A program made the translations under genes and the position numbers. This document shows positions 1 through 12,285 of a DNA stretch of 64,000 nt, piece after piece; the first letter of the stretch is position 1; the number at the start of each line of letters is the position of its first letter. The stretch spans positions 36,580,001 to 36,644,000 of the forward strand of contig OX597819.1 in the NCBI GenBank assembly GCA_951406725.2, written 5' to 3'. The DNA comes from Octopus vulgaris (Eukaryota). The notes beneath the pieces were generated by a model. That model saw only the letters and a list, made by a program, of their open reading frames with translations. It did no database searches and was not told the origin of the DNA.

Positions 1-1266
1 TACAAAATTTCACACGAACGAATAACTTTGAAGTAAATGGTAACTTCCAAGTGTAGCTAATATGTATTTAGAGTGGCAAATATATTGGAAACACTACAGT
101 CGTATATATTGTGCGAAATTATATTAATGAAATATATTATCTTCATGTAATCTTAAGATATAAACTGACATCTACTTGAATTATACAAGTATTTTTGTAA
201 GCACTTCAAGTGTGAACGACACTTCTACAATGTGAATGATAGTTTCTTATTCTTGATCTTTTAACCAAAACCTATTTTGCTTCCGTATATACCACTAGGC
301 AGACATTCCTATGACCTTTACTTATCATGGCTTCATGCACTTTAACATGTTAAAATGTATATAAGTTCACGTATTTCGTCAGTAACAATACATCCTTCTC
401 TTTATCTTACATTATCTAAAATACTTCCAAATATATATTTGCTATGGTCGCTTAATGTTAATATTTCTTGCTTCCTCTCAGTTAAGTTTCATCAAATGTA
501 TACGCTACAATGACTGTAGACTGGTAATATTTCTACTTGATGTCAGGTAGAAGGACTAAAATTCAACGAAAAGAACACATCTTAACAATTAAGAAAGTAA
601 TATCAGAATAAGTTACAACTTTCAAGTATCAACTCGAATATTCGAAATATGAAACAATTGAAAAAGCGTCTATTGTACAAAATTTCACACGAACGAATAA
701 CTTTGAAGTAAATGGTAACTTCCAAGTGTAGCTAATATGTATTTAGAGTGGCAAATATATTGGAAACACTACAGTCGTATATATTGTGCGAAATTATATT
801 AATGAAATATATTATCTTCATGTAATCTTAAGATATAAACTGACATCTACTTGAATTATACAAGTATTTTTGTAAGCACTTCAAGTGTGAACGACACTTC
901 TACAATGTGAATGATAGTTTCTTATTCTTGATCTTTTAACCAAAACCTATTTTGCTTCCGTATATACCACTAGGCAGACATTCCTATGACCTTTACTTAT
1001 CATGGCTTCATGCACTTTAACATGTTAAAATGTATATAAGTTCACGTATTTCGTCAGTAACAATACATCCTTCTCTTTATCTTACATTATCTAAAATACT
1101 TCCAAATATATATTTGCTATGGTCGCTTAATGTTAATATTTCTTGCTTCCTCTCAGTTAAGTTTCATCAAATGTATACGCTACAATGACTGTAGACTGGT
1201 AATATTTCTACTTGATGTCAGGTAGAAGGACTAAAATTCAACGAAAAGAACACATCTTAACAATTA
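1..1266. repeat. Near-perfect tandem duplication, 675-bp period
   Basis: 1-591 appears identical to 676-1266 (both start tacaaaatttcacacgaacg and end cttaacaatta). Confidence 0.95.
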
Positions 1267-1365
1267 TACCAACACCATCATGACTACAGCTACTACTACT
1301 ACTAACTCAATACTTTACTGTATAGCGCAAAGTCTGGTATTTCCAAAATGCTAATATTTATCAAG

Positions 1366-1796
1366 GAATCTTTTCGGTTTGAACAACAGTTTTTAACATA
1401 ATTTCTAGGTAACTAAAAAATTTTAAACTTCGTATACTGGTAGAATGTGTTTATAAAACATCTTTTTCTCTTGGCTTTATTGAGAAAATTCTATAGTTTG
1501 TAAGATATTTGTTGTTTTTTCTTCAATTTCGGCAATTTCAACCAATCAGTGTCGTCTATTGAGGTAAAAAAACATTCTGTGCCGTATGAACATGTCCCTC
1601 GTTTAAGAAACAGACTGGGTTTATTTACATTTGTGAAGAAAAAAATATACCCTTCCCCCACCCCTAACCCTAACCCTAACTAACCCTAACCCTAAAACAG
1701 ATAGAGATGCAATAGACAGATACTAGGGTCATAATTATGGGTGACAATTTCATATGACACCGCTAGAAAAAACTGCCGGTCAAACCGAAAAGATCC
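1366..1796. mobile_element. Non-autonomous DNA transposon (MITE), Merlin-like, with internal telomeric repeats
   Basis: TIRs G(G/A)ATCTTTTCGGTTTGAAC.../...CAAACCGAAAAGATCC. 8-bp TSD TTATCAAG at 1358-1365 and 1797-1804. (CCCTAA)n at about 1662-1695. Confidence 0.85.
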
Positions 1797-2002
1797 TTAT
1801 CAAGCTGTCATACTTCAATACGTCTTTTATTATGTTTCTTCCTTAAAACTACTTATATAATAATAAGTTGCAACAGTTATGCATTCAGACATACAAATAA
1901 AAGTGATTTAAGTAAAAAGTAACCAAAAGTAGAAAAAAAGAAAGCTTGTGGTGAGTACAAGGGGTAAATTCTAAAATATTTTATCAAATCGTATTTCAGT
2001 TT

Positions 2003-2223
2003 TATCTTTTACTTGTTTCTGTCATTTGACTACGACCATGCTGGGATACCGCCTTGAAGAGTTTTAGTCGAACAAATCGACCCCAGGATTTATTTTTTTT
2101 AAAGCCTAGTACTTATTCCATCAGTCCATTTTGCCGAAGCGCTAAGTTACGGGGACGTAAACACTCCAGCGCCAGTTGTCAAGAGGTAGTGAGGGACAAA
2201 CACAGACACACACACACACACAC

Positions 2224-2261
<38 letters not shown>

Positions 2262-2374
2262 CACACACGCATATATATATATACAAATACATATATATAT
2301 ACATATACAAATATACATAAATATATATGCATATACATATATATATATACATATATACATACATATATATATAT

Positions 2375-2453
<79 letters not shown>

Positions 2454-2545
2454 CACGACGGGCTTCTTTTATTTCTGTCTACAAAATCAACTTGCAAGAC
2501 TTTGGTAGGTTCGAGGCTACAATAGAAGACACTTGCCCAAAGTAG
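2003..2545 (-). mobile_element. SINE family B copy (CORE-like) with expanded internal microsatellite
   Basis: Reverse complement of the 48545-48950 element (ttgggcaagtgtcttc...gaagccc; ggcggt..cagcatgg tail). Confidence 0.7.
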
Positions 2546-2675
2546 CACGAAGTGGGAAAATAAATTTAATAGATTAGGGAAATGTTTAAGAGAGGGAGAG
2601 AGGTAAGTATCCAAGTCTGAAAGCCAAATGAAGAACACGAATACACATCCCAATAAACAGTATTGAAGGACTTAC

Positions 2676-2807
2676 TTGGTTACTGGAACCACTTCTTTTT
2701 ACTCTGAAAAAGATAAGTACAGCTACGAGAGGTATCAACTCCCAAACAGTAAGCACTGTAGTGAAGGACAGGTAAGCTTTGCCTTTACTCAAATTGATCA
2801 TGTCCGC
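2676..2807 (-). CDS. GPR137: GPR137 coding exon 5 (132 nt, ADMINLSKG...VWELIP...FFRVKRSGSSNQ); gene continues beyond the left edge
   Basis: Acceptor ctctctttacAG, donor GTAAGT. Contains the family TM7 motif VWELxP...FFRV. No further exon recognised in 1-2675. Confidence 0.9.
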
Positions 2808-3519
2808 CTGTAAAGAGAGCAGTGAAAGCCATTAAAAGCATTATGATAAAAGTAATGCGCAAATTGATCGGTCATTTGTGTTTAGATGATTAGTATAAAT
2901 GTCGAAAGTCTTTTGCCACTATAACAGAACTTTTCTTACCCCGAATTCTACCGATCAAGAAATTATTGTGAAAGACATTTGGTCATTAATCATACGCTTG
3001 AAGAAGAATTTAACTATAAACATTAACTGGAAATGTAGGCCATCTGAATGGTCATACAGACTGTTGAGGAAATATATGTCAACAAGAAAGAACAAAAGAG
3101 AAGATTGATTTTATTCAAGTGTTTTGTCTAGCTTGAATATGTATAAAGATGGTATACACTGTGTCTTCCTAATAGCATTTCCAAATCAACTTTTGCTGGT
3201 TAATAAAAAAAGTTCGAAATCAACGTTGCCCTTCAACGGCCCGAGGTCAATAAATAAATTATCAGTCAAGTACAGGATTGGTTTTTTTCCCTCTTTTTTG
3301 CTCTCTTTCTGAATCGGATACGTTGCCTTGAGGGATCGGGCATGGGCGACCACCTACAGCGTCTTTTTTTTCCAGATATCAAAATATACTGAGTGATGGA
3401 CTAACAATCTCTAATTATAGTAAAACTGATATACAGCTGAAAATGTCCAATGGTAGTTCGATGTGTAGTATAGCACAGAACTGTTAGTGATAATAATAAC
3501 AGTAATCCTTTCTACTGTA

Positions 3520-4012
3520 GACACAAGGCCTGAAAAAAGAGGGGAGAAGACCAGTCGATTACATCGACCCCAGTACTTGACGGTGCTTATTTCATCGACC
3601 CCGAAAATATGAAATGCTAAGTCGACTTCGGCGGATTTTGAACTCAGAACGTAAAGGCTGACGAAATGCGGCTTACAATACAATTCTGCCAGCTCAGTGC
3701 TTAAGTTGACCTCGACGGTATTTGAACTCAGAACGTAAAGACAGACGAAATGCCGCTAAACATTTTGACTTGTGTGTTAACGATTCGGCCTGCACGCCAA
3801 TCCTTTCTACTCTAGGTACAAGGCCTGAAATTTTGGGGGAGAAGTAAGCCTATTATATCGTTCCCAGTGCGCAACTGGTACTTATTTCATCGATCTCGAA
3901 AGAATGAAAAGCGAAGAAGGAATCGGCGGAATTTGAACTCAGATTGTAAAACTGGGCGAAATACCGCTAAGCATTAGGCCCAGCATGCTAACGATTCTAA
4001 CTGCTTGCCACC

Positions 4013-4013
<1 letters not shown>
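3520..4013 (-). mobile_element. Cluster of degenerate SINE family A copies
   Basis: Repeated atttgaactcagaacgtaaag and ttcatcgaccccgaaa motifs shared with 43995-44227. Confidence 0.7.
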
Positions 4014-4064
<51 letters not shown>

Positions 4065-4612
4065 TAAATGCTCTGATGAAGTATCAAGCACTGGTTCTCA
4101 TGGCTTCTGTTATCGTGTACATTGTTTTGTCTTGGTATAAAAGATGGGCTACAGCAAATATTCTGCACAATACCACAGATTTGCTTGTTAGTTGCATGAC
4201 CTTAACCAGTTGAGCATGTCCCTTAGTGGCTGACGATAAGTGCATCTCTGATCACGAGAGAAGCAGTGGGAGAACATCATAGTCAGGTGTTGAGATGAAT
4301 TCTTTGGGCTTCGAAATATTTACCCCTGGAAACATGGGTGTTTCGTTCAACATCCTTAAACAACTCTTATTCAAGAACCTTTTGAACGCGATGGGCTACT
4401 CGACCTGAAGAAAATTCTGAATGGGCCCCATCTGCTAGGTAATGCACTGCTTATCTTGATATGAGATTACCATGTCGTGTACATAATGTTGTGATGCATG
4501 TGTCTGGTGTACCCTTATCAGACGGGTAGTCATGATGGTTATACTGGTATTCGTATATTTTACACCAGTGTCACTTTGATGGTATGCGTTGCTCTCACTC
4601 AGCAATGATAAT
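4065..4612. repeat. Probable unclassified interspersed repeat next to an (AAT)n tract
   Basis: More GC-rich block bounded by (AAT)n on the left and aatgataataa on the right. Resembles a common octopus repeat from memory only. No second copy in the window. Confidence 0.35.
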
Positions 4613-5180
4613 AAAGGAGTTTTCACAGATGGCATTGTTCAAAACACCGAAGGAGATGGGGCATAACAACAGAAGTAACCCAGACGCCGCACGCCAAAGA
4701 AAAGAAACACAGGATATGAGACACCAGATTTCTAGTTAGGCATAAGATACCATTAGAAATATTTGTGGGACACTGATGGGGCCGGAAATAATAGTTATCT
4801 ATGGTCCGCTGAGGAGAAATGCCATGTTAATCTACAATGCCAAGAAAAAAAGAAAAGAAATTAAACTGCTAACCTTCAAACAAACCACAAAACATTAAAT
4901 TAAATAAATACCGCACAAAAAATTTTAAAACATGATTTCTTCCAAAAGTGAAGGACGGAGCTGTAAGTGCTCATATGACTGTAAAAATTAATTTCTGATC
5001 AACAAAACAATAATCAAAAATTTCAAAAGAATAATCTGAGTATGTCATGGACTTGCAAATATTACCCATGAGTAACACCTGTAATAAGATGATACAAGAG
5101 AAAAGGTCATTAGAAAGTAGCAAGTTTTGCAAATGGAGACCAAAGAGGTAGTTATAAAAGCTAAGCCTATTTCTATTTAA

Positions 5181-5400
5181 CCCTTTAGCATTCAGATTAC
5201 TCTGTCAAATGTAAAACCTGTTTAATCACATTGTTTTAAATTAATTGTACAGCATCTTGTAACTCTGAGATTTTGATGATGTCCCTGTTTATTTTTAGAA
5301 TGACTTCGTAGGGTAGGTGTGAGAGGTCAGAGCTGGCTGGTTTGAGCATAAAACAGGAAAATAATTTTGGCCTTGTATGGCCGGTTTAAACACTAAAGGG
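5181..5400. mobile_element. piggyBac-like MITE (220 bp)
   Basis: TTAA TSD on both sides (5177-5180, 5401-5404). Ends CCCTTTAG...CTAAAGGG. Confidence 0.8.
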
Positions 5401-5789
5401 TTAAAGAAGAGTAATGCAAGGAGACTCATTTTCTCTCTGACAACTGATTTTTCGGTTTGGCACTGACAATTTTGACCAACATATTTAACCGGACTGGACT
5501 TGGATGCCAATGCTATCGTACGCTGCACATGATAAACAACTAGAAATGCTACTTGAAATAGTACATACAGATAAGATTCGAATTCAAAAAGGGGAAAAGT
5601 TAAGAACGTGGCAGCCTTCGAGAGAGGAAAATAACTAAGAACATTAATAGACACACAAACAGACATATAAATACTTAGAAATCAATGAACTACGCTGTGC
5701 TGTGTAGAAATAAATGAAAATATTAGGAAGGAATATTATAGATGCATTAGATTAATACCGAAAACATAGATAAATGTAAAAGAAGGTAG

Positions 5790-6860
5790 AAAGCATAAAC
5801 ACTCTCTTTAACTGTCCTAATAAACTATAGTATTTTCAGGCGGAAGCTAAACGAACTTGCAAGACCACAGAAAAGAATGACTATTTAAAATATATAGCAA
5901 AATTTGAGTAAAAACGATTTTATTTACCACGAATATAAGAGCTAAGGAATATAGTCATATTAGAAAACTCTGCCACCCACTTTAGTAAAAAAAGATTTAA
6001 TACAGAAGCAATCAAAACAAAAGCATCTCTCTCTCTCTAAAGAAACCAACAAATCGTATAAAGCAGAAACTGATGTAACTGGTTATTATGTGGCATAAAG
6101 AAAACACGCAATAGGCGCTGTGAGAAAGCCAATATCTGAGCAGAAATGGAGTTTTATCATGAAATGTCATGATAAAATGATAGTAAGAAGAACTCAAACA
6201 AATACCAAGACCGGAAGGAATTAGAGAAGGAACAATCGCAAATAGTGGCTGAAAACGGTAGTACTGAAAGCTAAACCTGGAAGATTCTTTTCCCCCACAT
6301 CACCAAACGTATACAATGAAGCAGAATACAGTAACTGTAAAATATGTGATGGGAAAGAAGCAGTTAACCACAGTGTCACTAGCTGCCCAGTATTAGTCAA
6401 AAAAATATGCATTTGTAGATTTGAGTTTTATATATACTAGAAGTTAATGGCAGTATTATGAATAACAATAAGAAAAGAGGCATTATAAGCATACACTCGA
6501 AAAGAACTAAGAAAATGACAAAGTGACTTCTGGGAGAATATACATAGACAAGACAATGAAGAAAATGCAACCAGATACTGTTATCATGAAAACCACGAAA
6601 AGAAATGCCTCTTAATCGAAGTATCAGTTTCAACGTATAATAATATATCTCTCAAAGAAATAGAGAAATTATACAAATATAAACAACTGAAAATAGAGGT
6701 AACCTGAATGTAAATAAAAAAACAAGCAATCCCATAATAAAAGGTGCTTTGGGAATGTTAAAATATATACAAATACACAAACAAATCCCCAGGATTTAAT
6801 CACATATGCAAAAAATAACATTACTTGTTATTGCTCACATATCATGTAGAACACGTTAAT
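5790..6860 (+). mobile_element. Heavily decayed R4/Dong-like (RLE) non-LTR retrotransposon 3' part
   Basis: Fragmented translation CKICDGKEAVNHSVTSCPVL (CCHC knuckle), KEIEKLYKYKQLKIEV and IPIIKGALGM, paralleling 19640-20300. Confidence 0.55.
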
Positions 6861-7589
6861 ACAATAGCAGCAACAAAGCCAAATGAAACAAAAAAAGTGA
6901 ACATACGCACGGCGCACAGAGCTATTCCCGATAATGTAGAGAAAGCGCGATATAAAAATAAGAACAAATAAGACAGCTATTTAATTCAGCTCATTTTCAT
7001 CTCATTAGACAGAATAATGAGAAATTTGTACCATCAATGAAAGATTTTATAACTAGCTAAATTGACTCAAAGAGAAATCACGAAAACTGCCTAACTTGAA
7101 ATTTATACATTTTTCTTTGTTGACCAAAGAAATTAATATGATTACACGTATGACTGCGACAGAAAATAATGACAAATGGTAAAAATAAGTTTTAAAATAA
7201 TTTAGTGAGACAAGAAATTTTAATTAAAATTGCACCTGAAGTGAGGATAGAAAATTCTTAGCTTGATTAATTCTACTCAAGAAAAACAGGGGAGACAACC
7301 GCAAAATTTGAATTGGCTAAAATTAATAAAAAATAGAATGCATTGGGAAATAGACTTGCTCTTTGGAGGTACCGTGACAACTGTGGACATATTTCGGTAA
7401 ATTCAATGAATGAAAATATCTTGGCTTTCTGAAGTATAGTTATTTCAACTCTATTATTGAAGCAGTTCCAAATGTGCTGTTCAGAAACTTTCGTATTTTC
7501 CGTGTTTGAATATTGTTAGTACTGAGCGGAGTAATTAATGAAGTTGTCATTTAGTCTTGTGTTCGCTATGGACGAGTAGACCTTTAATC

Positions 7590-8010
7590 AATGAGGGTTG
7601 GTTGGCATCCTTTTTGTCTCGGGAGACAATGGAGTTGCGCATAAAATAATCTAGTCCGGCTTTTACATTTCATGTCCTAATACATTTCCTGCTGTGGCTG
7701 TGTAGTCCTATCCTGGACAAACACTCCCTCTGGCAGGTGTCGCATATGTAGCGAAGACTGTTCCTGGCTGGTTGTAATGTCATAGTTTCTTGTTGTCTTT
7801 TCTTGTCTTTCCATTTCTCCTCTCTCTCTGTCACTCCTTTGTGTTCCCTCTTTTACGGTACGTCGCCAATCTCCACGGTTACTGGCAACTGCTTCCCAAT
7901 TGCTAATATTGATGTTGCAGGCCTTTATGACCCTTTTGCAAACATCCTTGTAACGTAAGAACGGTCTTCCCACAGACCTAGTGCCCCTAGCAAGCTCTCC
8001 GGAGGGTAGT
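7590..8010 (-). mobile_element. RTE/BovB-like LINE 3' end
   Basis: GELARGTRSVGRPFLRYKDVCKR...WEAVASNRGDWRRTV, then a frameshifted C-terminal zinc finger YICDTCQRECLSRIGLHSHSRKC. Short 3' UTR with (CCAA)n tail. Confidence 0.8.
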
Positions 8011-11000
8011 TCTGTTATTAAACCACATAAAAAGTTATTTGACGGATTAGAAATACATGTGGATCTTGGTTTCGTTATCGTTGTAAGCTTCAAATAAAGC
8101 CTTGAGCATAATCAAGATGACTGTTAAATTTTTCTGATAAATTATGACACACTTTATATAAGAAATATATTTGTAATAAATAGAATCTAATTAAAGGAAT
8201 TGATAACAAGTTATCAATGATTTTTGTGGTTAGGTGGCACCAACCAACCTTGGATTCCATGAGTCAACATTTTTGACTAATAAGACGATACTAATTTTAT
8301 ATCAACATATGTCAGTCCTGCTTATCATAGTTCTCTATTTGACGGTATTCCATAATATAAGTTTCAAATGTTTAAACCCCAGACCTGTCTTAATCGAGCT
8401 GACCTTTGATCAAAGTAATTCCAACCATATCCGTCTTGTTTTTTTTCTTTTAGGTAAAGTTCATCTAAGTGTCTGTAAAAATCTAGTGGTCATTTAGAAA
8501 ATAACAGACAACCACTAAAAAGAAAATGATTATTTGGAAAGAATTGTTAAATATTAATCTATACCGGTACAATATCAATTTTTCCGGAATCTTTGGAAAT
8601 TCAAGTTTTCTGTTGATAGCTTTTTAAGATGCAAGAAACAGTGTTATATTGATTGCAATTGAAAAAGTATGGCAACCATGTTTCTTTCAAATGTTTCTCA
8701 ATAAATTAATAAGATTTTTATTTAGATTCAGTAACGAGCAGGCAATTATCTGAAAAATAAACAACTTATTTTCGTAATGAAGGAAAGAAAAGCATATAAG
8801 AAGAATAATGCGAGAAATAATTCATTTTCAAACTGTTGATTTATAAAGGAAGATTTTTATGCATTCATTAATAAGATTCTACACTTATACTGAAGCCAAA
8901 TATAATTGTCATCCTCTTATATTACAGTCGATAGGATATTGTTCATTGTTATCCCATGTCGACCGGATTTAATTGGATTAGTTTCTAATCTCTTTATTAA
9001 TATATAAAATGGAAAAGGTTTCTATCGTTTTTCAATTATTTCTTCATTAACCGACCGATAAACTCTCATCGTCTTACATCGAGATCAAGTTAATGTTAGG
9101 AAACAGTAAAATCTTAGCCAATGTTGATTTGCATCGATAAATGATAATGAAAAAAATTTCAGGAATAAATTATTTTGCTATGAGAAACATGTGAAATGAA
9201 CGATTCTCGTGAAGAGAAATGATTTTACTCTTTTGTGTTACTAACAAACATGTTAATACATTTAAGGTAGGAATTAAGAAGCCGATGTGTATAAAATGTT
9301 AATTACTAAATAATATAAATATTGACATCAAAATATAGAATTAGTATCAATTATTCTCACTTTTGTAGAAACATGCCGATAAATTTCGACATTTTCTAAT
9401 TCTTCAAAACGGTTTTTAAATACGATTGAGTTGTATTTTAGTCGTGATTTGACTTGTATGTATGAGTCAGATCTGACGAAAGTAGTGGAAGAAATAAATA
9501 AATTAAATCAAACTTCCTTTTCACAATAATTTAGTAGCATATTGGGTCTTTAGCAATAAAATCATGAGTGAAATGGGGTGAATGGAAATTGTGTAGAAGC
9601 CCACCGAATAGATTGTATCTGTACCTCAACTGTTTATCGGATATGTAAACCCGATTCGGCCTAAGAATTATGTTAAGGGTACACACATGTCCGTGGATTA
9701 TTCAGCAACTTACTCATTGTAAGCTGGTAATCGATAAATGCACATCCGAAAAACCGACGGAGGATCTACATTGATCAGCAGGGAATATCTACATCAACTC
9801 ATTTTCGTAGCTATTTATGAATGACGTAAAATAGAAAGTTCCGGATGTCAGAAATTACAACTCATTTTTTTTTATCAATTTCATCGACTCTACTAACACT
9901 ACTAAAATCAGATCAACACTTCTCTCTTTTGGAAATCTACAACTTTGCCCAACAGATCAAACAAATCAATGTTTTTAGTAATAGGCACAGGAGTTGAAAG
10001 TTCGGAAGAGACCCGACCTCTCCAGTACGTCACTGGTATACCAAACCCAAAAGGATGAAGGGCAAAATTGATTTTGGCATGATTTGAACTCAGGGCCTAA
10101 ATAAACAAAATAATAAGGTAAGACATTTTTTTCCAATGCTCAAATGATTTTCCTACAGACTCAATTCGCCGGAATAAAATACCGTAAGGCATCTTGTCCG
10201 AAGGCTCAAGCGGTTTTGCCAAAGATTTTTTACACTTGCATTGAAAATATCTCGCTTAGATGATTTGTTTCTGTGATTCTTTTATTTTATGCTTTATGTT
10301 TTATTCTATAACAAATATTTATGAATGTTCACTTATCAACCATAAGTTTAAGAACAGTTGTTACTCGGGTTTTTAATTTTGAAAACAGTTAACGTCAGAA
10401 CTTCTTTGTTCCTTAAAATTCCTATATTTTGACTTCAATCATTCAATAAGATTTTGACTACAACCATTCGGTAAGACCATCTGGCACACCAAACGGTCTT
10501 TTTCGATTTCTCTGTTCTGTCGGCTTTGTGTACTAATTATAACACATAGCAAATGGACGAATCTTATATTATTTACTAATGTTTCTGTTCAGGTAAAATG
10601 TTAATTTTAAAACAAAATATTACCAGATTAAATTTTACAGCAGAAAGTATTTGCATGTTACGTTAAATCAGTAATATTTACAAAGACTGAAATTAATATC
10701 TGATTGAGTAAAGATTAAATATCGATGCAGTAAAAGGAACATCTGTGATTCTTTATCTGGTGAAACTACCTCAAAAATATTTTTCTCGTTGAGTCTAAGT
10801 TTAGATACTTCATGGACGGCAAACATTTTACCAGGATTTCGGAGAATCATTTTAGAGAAAATTTTTTTCAACTAATGTTAACTGAAGTTTTTTTTTAAAG
10901 CTAGTTTGTATAAAGTGTATTTAAAGTTTACAATGAACTAAACAATAGAGATATCAAATATATTGAAGTTTTCCCCATTCAATGTTTGGAAGCAAATCAA

Positions 11001-11513
11001 AAGGTTGATTGCGAATACAAATAGTGGACTAATTCAAAGCAGAATCTGGTAATAATTCAATCTGACTTTATTTTTAAAGAATGCACATTTAAGGTAGAAA
11101 TACAAGATGTATTTTCCTTTACGTTTTGTTATATTGATGAAAAATTACATGGGTTAAACATGAGCCTAGTTTTCATAACGTTTTAAAACGGAATGATCAT
11201 CTAGTCTATAGTAAGTATATTAGACAAGGTTTCTGGTTTACTTAATTATGCATTTTATAGTATCTAGTATCTTGCGAAGGACAATAATGACGAAGCATCC
11301 CTTAAATAAATATTTATAGAGTTTTCATAACTAATTTTTGAAAACCATATCTATAAAAATAGATTACGTTCTGTCTGTTATCGATGTACCGTTCATTTAA
11401 CCACCAAATTTCTTGGAGAACTGTGTCATGAACTTAAAGAAAAGAGGGATATTGTTGACATATTTTAAAAGAAAGTAAAGGTTTTATGAGAATTAGTGAA
11501 ATAATGTACTTGC

Positions 11514-11663
11514 TTGATCAGAAACATCAACCCAACCGTAACCGAATCGTGGTTTGTGTCCTTTCAAAGCTGGCATCACTGCAAGCATGTTGTAGAGAGC
11601 TCTAGAACCATACATAATGAGTACGAATATAGATACACCGACAACTGTACATGTAGATATCGA
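11514..11663 (-). CDS. GPR137: GPR137 coding exon 4 (150 nt, SISTCTVVG...SRALYN...WVDVSDQ)
   Basis: Acceptor atttttcAG. SRALYN and WVDVSDQ match the family SRACYN and WYNVSDQ motifs. The in-frame donor is GCAAGT. Confidence 0.9.
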
Positions 11664-11904
11664 CTGAAAAATATGGGAACAACAAAGTGAAAAATTAGTA
11701 ATAATAGTATTTTGCATATTCATCAATTGTCAGGTGAATGAAATTATAGACTAAGTTCGCAATGTATTTTCCATTTAATAGCATTATATGTTCGCTGCTT
11801 TACGCTGGAAAAGTGATTCATTCAAGGAGTCGTTATTAAAAAGTACAATATATTTTATAGCAGCTTAAATTCTGTATTGTATCATTTACGTACACTAATT
11901 AATA

Positions 11905-12285
11905 TTTGCATGGTAAGAAGTTTGTTTTCCAGCCACATAGTTCCGGTTTCATTCCCTCTGCATCACTCTTTGGACAAGTGTCTTTCACTATATCCCCAGG
12001 TCGACAAATGCCTCGTAAGTGGATTTGGTAGACGGAAACTGTTTGGTAGCCCATCTTATATATGTGTAAGGGTAAATGCCTTTTTGCTTGATCCCACCGC
12101 TTGACAACCGATATTGGTTTGTTTAAGTCATCGTAACTTAGCGGCTTGAGTGACCGATGAATAAGTATCGAATAAGTATGAATAAGTACAGGGGCCGATT
12201 CATTCGAATAAAATCCTTCGAGTCGGTGCCCCAGCGTGGCTAAAGTCCAATGACTGAAACAAGCAAACGATAAAAGATAAAAGAT
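11905..12285 (+). mobile_element. SINE family B, diverged
   Basis: tggtaagaagtttg head, ttggacaagtgtct, gtggatttggtagacggaaactg, tail ggtgccccagcgtggc...tgactgaaacaag. Confidence 0.7.

Noticed and set aside
1662-1695. True telomere or chromosome-fusion scar
   Set aside because: Only 4-5 units, located at the same position within three copies of a MITE.
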